Shown one piece after another: positions 29,448 through 37,455 of a DNA stretch of 37,550 bases (positions are counted from its first letter, which is position 1; every line of letters begins with the position of its first letter). The notes beneath the pieces are model-generated. The model was not told the origin of the DNA. It worked only from the letters and a program-made list of their open reading frames with translations, and did no database searches. Origin of the DNA: a virus (taxonomy: Duplodnaviria > Caudoviricetes); IMG/VR virus record IMGVR_UViG_3300026266_000008, positions 1 through 37,550 of that record; one strand, given 5' to 3'. Made by a program: the position numbers and the translations under genes.

Positions 29448-31139
29448 ATGATTACAATCGGAATTTATGGGGCATTTGATTGGGATGCTCATAAATCATT
29501 CAATGAAAATAATGAGTCCACATGGTGTCATGATTCTGGTGCAACTCTTTTTATTAATGGTAAACATATTTGTAGTATTTCAGAAGAAAGACTAACAAGA
29601 CGGAAACATGATGGTAATTATCCCATCAATTCTATCGAATATTGTTTGTCTGTTGGAAATATCACTGCAGAAGATGTGGACCTTGTATGTGTCCCGTCAA
29701 TGTGTGTCAATATCTTCTACAAGAAGTTGTATGGTGGTGTCATTGATAACATCATTAAAGAGAAGTTTCCTAATGCAGAGTTCAAACTGGTATCACACCA
29801 CCTAAGTCATGCTGCAGCATCAGTATTCTCTTCTGACTTTAATGAAGGTTCATTCCTGACACTGGATGGTGCGGGTTCTATTGCATTTGGATATGACCTT
29901 CAGAGGACATTTCAAGCAGAAACTAATACTATTGGATACTTTAATAAAGAAAAAGGTATCTTCCGTATCTTCAATGGTATTCCTGGTTCTAATGATTTTG
30001 GTGGATACTATCACAACCTTTCTCATCACATCTATTGTGAAAAGATTGGACGACAGATTGATGGTTATGATGAGAAGTATCGTGAGACTTGGGATGGTAA
30101 GATTATGGGTCTCTCTGCCTATGGTAGTGACCTAGAGTTCAAAGATCATCACAGACAGTATCAAATGTCTAAGGATCTTTACTATGATAATGTTCCTTAT
30201 GTCACCTGGACACAAGATTTCCAGAACTCTTTTAGGTTCACTAATGCTGATGAGAAGGCATATATCATTCAAAAGAACTTTGAACTCGCACTTCTTGATT
30301 ATACAACAGATCTGAAGAATGAAGGATATCTTGAAGATAATGTATGTCTCTCTGGTGGTTCATTTTTGAATGTTCTAGGTAATAGTGTCCTGAAAGAATC
30401 AGGACTCTTTAATAACATTCATGTTCCACCTTGTCCCAATGATGTTGGTCTTCACTTTGGTGCAGCATGTTTTGGTCAGTTCAAAAAGAATGAACCCATT
30501 GAACTTCCTGAGAACATTGCACTTCTTGGTAAGGATTATACTGAAGAAGAGATTGAATCAGTTCTGAAAGAGAATGAAGTCAACTATGAAAGGTATGATG
30601 ACTTTGAAGAACTATGTGAATTCACTGCACTTAAACTGAGTGGAGAAAGTATTGTAGCCTGGTTCCAAGGTCGTTCAGAGTTTGGTCCTAGGGCACTTGG
30701 TTCAAGGTCACTCCTGATGCATCCTGGTCCTGCTGAGAACAAGGATATCATCAACAGTCGTATCAAACACCGTGAATACTGGAGACCCTTTGCTGGTATT
30801 ATCCTTGAAGAACACTTGACAGATTATTTCAATGAAGATTACAATTCTCCCTACATGTTATACTCTCTTACGGTCAAAGACGGTAGAGAGGAGGAACTTG
30901 GAGCAATTACTCACAAAGATGGTACATGCAGAATTCAAACAGTCAACAATAAAATGAATGAGAAGGTCACAACTCTTCTTAATAAGTTCAAAGAGGTTAC
31001 AGGTATTCCTGCAATTCTAAATACCTCATTCAATGATAATGGTGAACCCATTGTCGAAAGTCCAGAAGATGCAGTTCGTTCATTTCAAAATATGGACATT
31101 GACTATCTTATAATCGGTAATTTCGTGGTTAGAAAATGA
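29448..31139 (+). CDS. O-carbamoyltransferase, CmcH/NodU/TobZ family
   Basis: HDSGA, EERLTRRKH, HHLSHAAS, DGAG, GKIMGLSAYG, WFQGRSEFGPRALGSRS, REYWRPFA, H.DGTCRIQTV, LNTSFN. Confidence 0.95.
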   Translation: MITIGIYGAFDWDAHKSFNENNESTWCHDSGATLFINGKHICSISEERLTRRKHDGNYPINSIEYCLSVGNITAEDVDLVCVPSMCVNIFYKKLYGGVIDNIIKEKFPNAEFKLVSHHLSHAAASVFSSDFNEGSFLTLDGAGSIAFGYDLQRTFQAETNTIGYFNKEKGIFRIFNGIPGSNDFGGYYHNLSHHIYCEKIGRQIDGYDEKYRETWDGKIMGLSAYGSDLEFKDHHRQYQMSKDLYYDNVPYVTWTQDFQNSFRFTNADEKAYIIQKNFELALLDYTTDLKNEGYLEDNVCLSGGSFLNVLGNSVLKESGLFNNIHVPPCPNDVGLHFGAACFGQFKKNEPIELPENIALLGKDYTEEEIESVLKENEVNYERYDDFEELCEFTALKLSGESIVAWFQGRSEFGPRALGSRSLLMHPGPAENKDIINSRIKHREYWRPFAGIILEEHLTDYFNEDYNSPYMLYSLTVKDGREEELGAITHKDGTCRIQTVNNKMNEKVTTLLNKFKEVTGIPAILNTSFNDNGEPIVESPEDAVRSFQNMDIDYLIIGNFVVRK

Positions 31140-32158
31140 AGACTATTATTAATATCGACGGTGGTTTGGGTCGAGTTATCACTGCAATTCCTGCACTCCT
31201 TAAGTATGGTAAGAATCATCCTGAAGAAGACTGGTATGTGATGATTCCTGGTTGGGACTTTATGGTCTGGGGTATTGAAGAACTTCAACAGAGAACATTT
31301 AACCCTGAAACTAAGGGTATGTTTGAGAATTACTACTGGGATGCTGATAAAGTTATCGCGCCAGAACCATACAAACTCCCTGCATTCTATCGTAATGAAA
31401 TTTCAATGATAGAAGCATTTGATGAGTTGATTAACGGAACCACTGATCACAGTGATCTTTCAGATATGAAACTGGAACTTACTATTGATGAGGTGTTGAA
31501 TGCCAGAGGTTATATCAATCAGGCTATTCAAGGTGTCAATGGTAGTCCTACTGGATGTGAACCACAAAAACCAGTAGAAAATCATAAGAAAATTATTATA
31601 TTCCAACCTTTTGGTAGTACTTCTCAACAATCAGAGATGGGTATCTATGATAAGAGCATGAGGTCTATTAATCATCACTTTGCAACAGAGATTGCGAAAG
31701 TGTTGTCGAAGGATTATATTGTCATCAACATGAATGGTCGTGATGGTTTCAGTCACTTTCCTGGTGTCATTAACTTTTCACAAGACCCTGACCTGAGAAC
31801 CTGGGCTGCTATGATTCAAGAAGCAGACTACTTCGTTGGTTGTGATAGTTGTGGTCAACACATTGCAAAGGCAGTTGGAACTCCTGCTTCTGTTTTTGTT
31901 GGTGGAACACATGAGGTCAATATCTCATATCCTGATACTTTTCACATCATTAAGAACAATGCAAAGTATTATCCTAACCCCATGAGAGTTTCTATGATAA
32001 ACTCTACTCTGGCTGATAAACTGAACCAAAAGCGTGGCGAATTCACTGAGGAAGAAATCAAGGTACATATTAAGGAAATTGTGAGAAAAATTGAGGGTAG
32101 AAAGACAACCAAGGTTGTAAAAGAAGTTAAAGAGAATACAGAAAAAGGTTTCGCATGA
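31136..32158 (+). CDS. Glycosyltransferase, GT-B fold, GT9 (heptosyltransferase)-like
   Basis: N-terminal GGLGRVITAIPAL, IIIFQPFG, and LRTWAAMIQEADYFVGCDSCGQHIAKAVGTP. ATGA overlap with the carbamoyltransferase. Confidence 0.75.
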   Translation: MKTIINIDGGLGRVITAIPALLKYGKNHPEEDWYVMIPGWDFMVWGIEELQQRTFNPETKGMFENYYWDADKVIAPEPYKLPAFYRNEISMIEAFDELINGTTDHSDLSDMKLELTIDEVLNARGYINQAIQGVNGSPTGCEPQKPVENHKKIIIFQPFGSTSQQSEMGIYDKSMRSINHHFATEIAKVLSKDYIVINMNGRDGFSHFPGVINFSQDPDLRTWAAMIQEADYFVGCDSCGQHIAKAVGTPASVFVGGTHEVNISYPDTFHIIKNNAKYYPNPMRVSMINSTLADKLNQKRGEFTEEEIKVHIKEIVRKIEGRKTTKVVKEVKENTEKGFA

Positions 32159-32514
32159 AGTCTCCATTAGTTCCTATTTCAATCGGAGAGTTGTTGGATA
32201 AGATAACAATTCTTCAAATTAAATCAGAACATACAGATAATGATTATATAAAGAAAGAACTCCAAGATCTGACACAAATTGCTCAAGATCTTGGAGTCTA
32301 TAAGGATGAATATGTCAATGACTTACTTAAGGTTAATCGTAAGTTATGGGATGTTGAAGATATACTTCGTGAACATGAGAAGAATTGGGTGTTTGATGAT
32401 GAATTTGTAAGATATGCTAGGAGTGTTTATATTACTAATGACAAGAGATCAAAAATAAAGAAAAGAATAAATGATGAAACATTGTCAGAATATTCGGAAG
32501 TAAAATTATATTGA
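32155..32514 (+). CDS. DUF6165-like protein
   Basis: PISIGELLDKITILQIK...L..VNRKLWDVED.LR.....FDDEFV..ARSVYITNDKR.KIK..IN. ATGA overlap with the GT gene. Confidence 0.75.
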   Translation: MKSPLVPISIGELLDKITILQIKSEHTDNDYIKKELQDLTQIAQDLGVYKDEYVNDLLKVNRKLWDVEDILREHEKNWVFDDEFVRYARSVYITNDKRSKIKKRINDETLSEYSEVKLY

Positions 32515-32524
32515 TAAATAAATA
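32514..32524 (+). promoter_or_regulatory. Tandem late-promoter boxes (ATAAATAAATA)
   Basis: Directly after the DUF6165-like stop and about 20 nt upstream of ATG 32545. Confidence 0.7.
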
Positions 32525-32544
32525 GAAAGACTAGTCAATACAAT

Positions 32545-32598
32545 ATGTCTAGGATAAGAGTTGATCAAATTACAAACAGTAGTGCTAAAGTAGTGTAA
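32545..32598 (+). pseudogene. 17-aa stub of an adaptor gene (MSRIRVDQITNSSAKVV*)
   Basis: Translated by hand. It begins like MSRIRADYITN/MSRLRADNLTN, ends like ...GWKVV* (35843), and its stop overlaps the next ATG (TAATG). Confidence 0.75.
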
Positions 32599-33353
32599 TG
32601 TCACAATTAAATATCAACACTATTAAGAATAAGAAAGGTGACAATGGTCCCAATCTTGTAGGTCATACGACAGTTACAGGTGATTTGACTGTAACAGGAA
32701 GTATTATTGGTATTGCGAATACTGCAGATATTGTATCTGATACCATAATTAATGCAGGTATTGTCACATCGGGTGGATTTAGTGGTAATATAACTGGTGT
32801 TGCTGCTACCTTTACTGGTGATGTAAGTGTTGGTGGAATACTTACTTATGAAGATGTAACTAATGTAGATTCTATTGGTATTGTAACTGCCCGAACAGGT
32901 ATTCATGTTCTTGCCGGTGGTATTGATGCTGTTGGTGTTGTAACTGCCACAAGTTTTGATGGTGATCTAACTGGTAACGTAATAGGTGGAACCATTGTTG
33001 GAACAAGTGCATCTATTAGTGGTATAACTACTACATCTAATTTGGTTGTTGGAAACACAGTTTGGACTGCTATCAGTACTACAAACACAAACAAAACTAT
33101 TGTAAATCGAGAGTATTGTACTGTTGTTACTTCTACTGCATCAACCAATGCAAATATCACAGTCACACTTCCGCCATCACCTCAACCCGGTTGGGAAGTT
33201 GGAGTTGCAATCGCAGGAACATTCCTTGACACTGTTGTTGGTAGGAATAGTTCTAATATCATGGCACTCGCGGAAGATATGACACTAAATAGAGAATATA
33301 TTGCGATTCAATTAGTGTACGTTGATTCAAATGTTGGCTGGAGGTTCTTTTAG
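32598..33353 (+). CDS. Short distal-fibre adaptor, cassette 4 (type A C-terminus)
   Basis: MSQLNINTIKN N-terminus, LTYEDVTNVDS, and NREYC...TLPPSPQPG...YVDSNVGWRFF. Confidence 0.75.
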   Translation: MSQLNINTIKNKKGDNGPNLVGHTTVTGDLTVTGSIIGIANTADIVSDTIINAGIVTSGGFSGNITGVAATFTGDVSVGGILTYEDVTNVDSIGIVTARTGIHVLAGGIDAVGVVTATSFDGDLTGNVIGGTIVGTSASISGITTTSNLVVGNTVWTAISTTNTNKTIVNREYCTVVTSTASTNANITVTLPPSPQPGWEVGVAIAGTFLDTVVGRNSSNIMALAEDMTLNREYIAIQLVYVDSNVGWRFF

Positions 33354-34331
33354 ATGTCAGTAATAACTCAATTTTTCCCATCTGGTGGAGGTGGTGGTGG
33401 AGGAAATGAAACTCCTACTGGAATTAAAATTCCAGCAGATGGTATACCTGTAGAAATTTTAGGTGTGTCAGGTGCTGGTGGTAAGGGATCAAACGCCAAC
33501 TACTATGGTCTAGGTGGATCTGGTGCAGTTTTTCATGCCACTAACTACGCTGTTCAACCTGGTTGTACTGTTCCAATTACTATTGGTAATGGTGGAGATC
33601 CAGGTGGATGTCCTCTTGGTCAAGGAAGTATGGGAGGAACAACATCATTTAACTATCCTTTTTTACCACTTTCTGTATTAGGTGGTGGTGGAGGTGCAGA
33701 AGGTGGAACTCTTCCAAACCTTGGAATGAATGGTTGTCCTGGAGGTACTGGGGGCGGAGCAACTTGCAATTGGTCCAACAATGTTGGCAGCAGCAATGCA
33801 GGTGAGGGGATGTATTATAATAAAGTTAACGAATATAGTAGCACTTATCTTTGGACTTGCGAATGCACGTGCAAGTCCAGGTCATGGCAGTCCGTGGTGA
33901 AAGTGAGTGATGCAGAAATGGAAATAACCCCATGGGGTTGTAGAGGTGGATTCCCTGGAAGACCTGGCGAAAACGTGGCGTGCTATCCAGGTTATATGTG
34001 TCGCTATGGTTGTGGTGGTGGTGCACGTGAAAATGCATCTTGCTACGAGGGGATGTCAATCACCTGTATCAACGGACCTGTCCGGTGCTACTATACAGTA
34101 CAAGCTAAATATTTTTGTTCTGCAATTAGTGGAACTATGACCACTTATACTGGGCCTGGCCAGTGGGGTTATGGTTCTGATACTGCAGGAACCGCAGGTG
34201 GTTTGATTATTAAATGGGCAGATGGGTTTGGTGCAGCAACAGGTTTCCCTGGTGGCCAGGATATTTCACCAGCTACTCCTGGTTATTATACTTATTGCTT
34301 CGCATCATCAGGTTCTATTGAATTACCATAA
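33354..34331 (+). CDS. Gly-rich, Cys-rich fibre-tip adhesin
   Basis: MSVITQFFP N-terminus, about 16 Cys, ITIGNGG and LGGGGG scaffold, C-terminal GYYTYCFASSGSI. Confidence 0.7.
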   Translation: MSVITQFFPSGGGGGGGNETPTGIKIPADGIPVEILGVSGAGGKGSNANYYGLGGSGAVFHATNYAVQPGCTVPITIGNGGDPGGCPLGQGSMGGTTSFNYPFLPLSVLGGGGGAEGGTLPNLGMNGCPGGTGGGATCNWSNNVGSSNAGEGMYYNKVNEYSSTYLWTCECTCKSRSWQSVVKVSDAEMEITPWGCRGGFPGRPGENVACYPGYMCRYGCGGGARENASCYEGMSITCINGPVRCYYTVQAKYFCSAISGTMTTYTGPGQWGYGSDTAGTAGGLIIKWADGFGAATGFPGGQDISPATPGYYTYCFASSGSIELP

Positions 34332-34344
34332 GGAGGAAAAATAA

Positions 34345-34818
34345 ATGGCTAGTTTTGCACAATTAAATAACAACAATCATGTCATTAATGTAATTAAAAT
34401 TGCTAATGATAATGACATTCTTGATTCTGAAGGAAATGAGAATGAAGCACTTGGTATTTCTAAGTGTAAATCACTTTTTGGGTTAGATACCAACTGGAAA
34501 CAAACATGGTATGGTACTCCACCTAAATCACGTTTTAGAGGTGCTATTGTTGATGGAGAATACATTGCAGAATATGATGTTTTCACCAAGAGAAAACCTT
34601 ATGATTCATGGACATTAAATACCACAACTTATGAGTGGGAAGCACCAATTTCTGAACCTACTCCTATTACCGCAACACCAGAAAGATGGGTTTGGCAAGA
34701 ATCATCTTTATCTTGGGTAACAGAAGACATACCAAAACCTGAAACAATGGAAGGTGGTACTTGGATTTGGGATCCTACCACGTCTTCCTGGAAATGGAAT
34801 CCAGATTCATCTGAATAA
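34345..34818 (+). CDS. Small acidic Trp-rich protein, putative adhesin assembly chaperone
   Basis: MASFAQLN.NNHVINVI...G.ENEALGI...WKQT...PYDSW.L...WEAP, with an AGGAGG RBS. Paralogue of 36997. Confidence 0.6.
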   Translation: MASFAQLNNNNHVINVIKIANDNDILDSEGNENEALGISKCKSLFGLDTNWKQTWYGTPPKSRFRGAIVDGEYIAEYDVFTKRKPYDSWTLNTTTYEWEAPISEPTPITATPERWVWQESSLSWVTEDIPKPETMEGGTWIWDPTTSSWKWNPDSSE

Positions 34819-34832
34819 ATAACTAAAAAGTA
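34816..34832 (+). repeat. Cassette leader repeat copy 3 (TAAATAACTAAAAAGTA) with late promoter
   Basis: 17 nt identical to the starts of copies 1 and 2; it overlaps the upstream stop. Confidence 0.85.
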
Positions 34833-34838
34833 GTAAAA

Positions 34839-35843
34839 ATGTCTGAGATTAATGTAAATATTATAAAGAATGAACTGGCTACTCATGGTCCTAATCTTGT
34901 AGGTCATAGTACTGTTACAGGTGATTTACATGTTACCGGATCATTAAATGCTGATATTGATCTAAATGTTAGTGGTGTTACTACATTTTCTGATAATGTG
35001 AGTGTTGGTGATAGTATTACACTATTTGCAAATACTGGTGTTGTAACTGCTGCCAAATTTCATGGTGATGGTTCTGAACTTGTTAATCTACCATCATCGG
35101 CCGGTCTTGGAACAGCATTAAGTGAGGATACTACAAGTCCTCTGAATAAAATTTATTATACTGACACAGTTCTTTCTATTGGTTCAACTATTACAGTTGA
35201 TTCACCAGACAGTTCCAATGCTGCATATACTCAGTATCCTCAAATCGTTTTACAAAATGGTGCTGACCTGATTGTTGCTGCTGGTGATGATTTTATTCCA
35301 GACATTCTGGGTATCGGCACAACTGGCGGAGGAGGTGGACCTCTCACTGGTGATGGTGGTAGAGTTCGTGCAGACAACTTTGTAAATAGGGCAGGAACTG
35401 GTGCACCAAATGCAAGTCATGGATTGACTGTAACTGGTGTCCTAACTGCCACAAGTTTTGATGGTGATGTTATTGGTGGAACTATTGTTGGAACCAGTGC
35501 ATCTATTAGTGGTATAACTACCACATCAAATTTAGTTGTTGAGAATTCTGCCTACACGGCGATTACTACAACATCCATAAATAAAACCATAGTAAACAGA
35601 GAGTTTTGTACTGTTGTTACATCTAGTGCTTCAACAGCACTTGGTCTTACAATAACTCTTCCGCCATCACCTCAACCAGGTTGGTTATGTGGAGTTGGTA
35701 TTGGTGGAACATTCCTTGACACTGTTGTTGGTAGGAATAGTTCTAATATCATGAATTTAAGTGAAGACTTTAAGATTGATGTAAAACATATTAATGTTAG
35801 TTTTCTTTATGTTGACAACACTTACGGATGGAAGGTAGTTTAA
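34839..35843 (+). CDS. Distal-fibre adaptor, cassette 5 (internally fused, type A C-terminus)
   Basis: MSEINVNIIKN N-terminus, internal RVRADNFVNRAGTGAP, and a C-terminus near-identical to 32598..33353. Confidence 0.75.
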   Translation: MSEINVNIIKNELATHGPNLVGHSTVTGDLHVTGSLNADIDLNVSGVTTFSDNVSVGDSITLFANTGVVTAAKFHGDGSELVNLPSSAGLGTALSEDTTSPLNKIYYTDTVLSIGSTITVDSPDSSNAAYTQYPQIVLQNGADLIVAAGDDFIPDILGIGTTGGGGGPLTGDGGRVRADNFVNRAGTGAPNASHGLTVTGVLTATSFDGDVIGGTIVGTSASISGITTTSNLVVENSAYTAITTTSINKTIVNREFCTVVTSSASTALGLTITLPPSPQPGWLCGVGIGGTFLDTVVGRNSSNIMNLSEDFKIDVKHINVSFLYVDNTYGWKVV

Positions 35844-35844
35844 G

Positions 35845-36984
35845 ATGAGTACATTTCAACAGTTTTTTCCTGGTGGTGATAGTTCTTCTTCTGGAGGAGG
35901 AAGTGGAGTACCAGCAACCACAACAGTAGCTGAACTTCTTGTTGTTGGTGGTGGTTCTTCTGGTTCTATGGGATCGCAAGGTGGTGGGGCGATCTGCATG
36001 CAAAGCATGGGTAACATGGCTCCAGATGCTGGAGGAAATGGTGGTGGGGTACTAGTTTCATCAGGATGGAATTTTGAGCAAGGATGTACCTACACGGTAA
36101 CAGTTGGGACTGGTGGAGCTGCTCAAGAAGCCTGTGGTCAAGTTCATGGAACAAACTCAAGTATTATTGGATACAATGCACCACCATGTGCATTGGTAGG
36201 ACATGCTTCAAAAAGGATAGAATCTCTAAATCCGGTTTTTAATACCGGTTATGCCTGGAAGTTTCAGTGGCAAGATAAACATTGCTCTCCATACCATCAA
36301 ATTGATCCACATACTTGTCATTATGGTACTTCCGTAGGTAAGAGTACCTTTATAAAGAGCAGTACTACTAGCGCGGATAAATGTGTTGTTTGTTCTGGGT
36401 CGGCAGGGGGAGCAGGAACTCCTGGATGTCCTATGAATGTAAGGACTTCTATGCAGTATGGCTCGCCTACATATTGTCAACATATCGTATCGGTCGATGT
36501 AAATTATGGTAGTGATGGAATAGAATCCAGTATTAGTGGATCACCTGTATTTTATGGTCCTGGTGGTGGAGGAATGAATCCTCGTTTGCAAGCAGGCGCT
36601 ATCTCCCATATAGCTTGTCCGATAGGTTATAGTGTTAGTGGATTAGTACTAGAAGGAGGTATAGTCTCTTGTGGTAGTCCGGCTGACCAATACGAAATGA
36701 ATAGACCTTCGGTATCACACTCAGGATGTACATACGTACAGCCCAACGCCAGTTTGCATTGTTGTGTCCTTGCTGCATCAGCTAACTATGGTGCTGGAGG
36801 AGGTGTTACTCGGCCCGCCCCAGGCGCTTTACCTACTGATATGAATGGTGGTTCTGGTGTTGTGTTTGTTAGATATCCAACGGATTACAGCGCAGCATCT
36901 AGTGTTTCTGGTAACACACCAACTCCTGCACAACCTGGGTATCACGTTTATCGCTTTAATGGCGATGGTTCAATCACATTTTAA
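35845..36984 (+). CDS. Gly-rich, Cys-rich fibre-tip adhesin
   Basis: MSTFQQFFP, LLVVGGGSSG, YTVTVGTGG, GGSGVVFVRY, GYHVYRFNGDGSITF; about 15 Cys. Confidence 0.7.
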   Translation: MSTFQQFFPGGDSSSSGGGSGVPATTTVAELLVVGGGSSGSMGSQGGGAICMQSMGNMAPDAGGNGGGVLVSSGWNFEQGCTYTVTVGTGGAAQEACGQVHGTNSSIIGYNAPPCALVGHASKRIESLNPVFNTGYAWKFQWQDKHCSPYHQIDPHTCHYGTSVGKSTFIKSSTTSADKCVVCSGSAGGAGTPGCPMNVRTSMQYGSPTYCQHIVSVDVNYGSDGIESSISGSPVFYGPGGGGMNPRLQAGAISHIACPIGYSVSGLVLEGGIVSCGSPADQYEMNRPSVSHSGCTYVQPNASLHCCVLAASANYGAGGGVTRPAPGALPTDMNGGSGVVFVRYPTDYSAASSVSGNTPTPAQPGYHVYRFNGDGSITF

Positions 36985-36996
36985 GGAGGTATTATA

Positions 36997-37404
36997 ATGG
37001 CACATTTCGCAAGACTAAATTCTGACAATAAAGTCACAAACGTGCATGTTGTGGATAACAACTGGGTTCTTGATGGTGATGGTAAGGAATCAGAAGCAGT
37101 AGGAATTAAATACCTTCAAGATCTTTATAAAACTACGGATTCTTTTGTTCAGTGTTCTATTAACGCAACCATAAGAAGTGTTTATCCTAAAGTAGGAGAT
37201 ACTTATGATGTCACTAATGATTGGTTTGAAAAACCCAAACCAGAAATTCATGATTCATGGGTTCAAAATTCTTCAACTGGTATATGGGAACCACCTTTTG
37301 CACCACCAGAAGTTACTTCTAAAAATGAATCTTGGTACTGGAACGAAGAAACTAAAAGTTATGTAGATTGTAACCCTGATAACAATCCATCACCAGAAGA
37401 ATAA
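36997..37404 (+). CDS. Small acidic Trp-rich protein, putative adhesin assembly chaperone
   Basis: MAHFARLNSDNKVTNVHVV...GKESEAVGI...DSW....G.WEPP, with an AAGGAGGT RBS. Confidence 0.6.
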   Translation: MAHFARLNSDNKVTNVHVVDNNWVLDGDGKESEAVGIKYLQDLYKTTDSFVQCSINATIRSVYPKVGDTYDVTNDWFEKPKPEIHDSWVQNSSTGIWEPPFAPPEVTSKNESWYWNEETKSYVDCNPDNNPSPEE

Positions 37405-37425
37405 GCCAATCAATAAACTGTCTAC

Positions 37426-37455
37426 TAAAACCTCCACAAGCTTGTGGAGGTTTTA
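37426..37455. terminator. Perfect 30-bp palindrome, probable bidirectional intrinsic terminator
   Basis: TAAAACCTCCACAAG|CTTGTGGAGGTTTTA: GC stem with an A4/T4 tract on each side, 21 nt after the last late gene. Confidence 0.75.

Noticed and set aside
361-36483. Many short minus-strand and alternate-frame ORFs in the track
   Set aside because: All overlap longer, motif-bearing + strand genes and lack RBS or promoters. They are shadows of Gly/Thr/Val codon bias.
18631-37404. Diversity-generating retroelement or invertase shufflon behind tip variation
   Set aside because: No reverse transcriptase or recombinase is in the window. The repeats are direct and coding, and I saw no adenine-restricted TR/VR pair or inverted cassettes.
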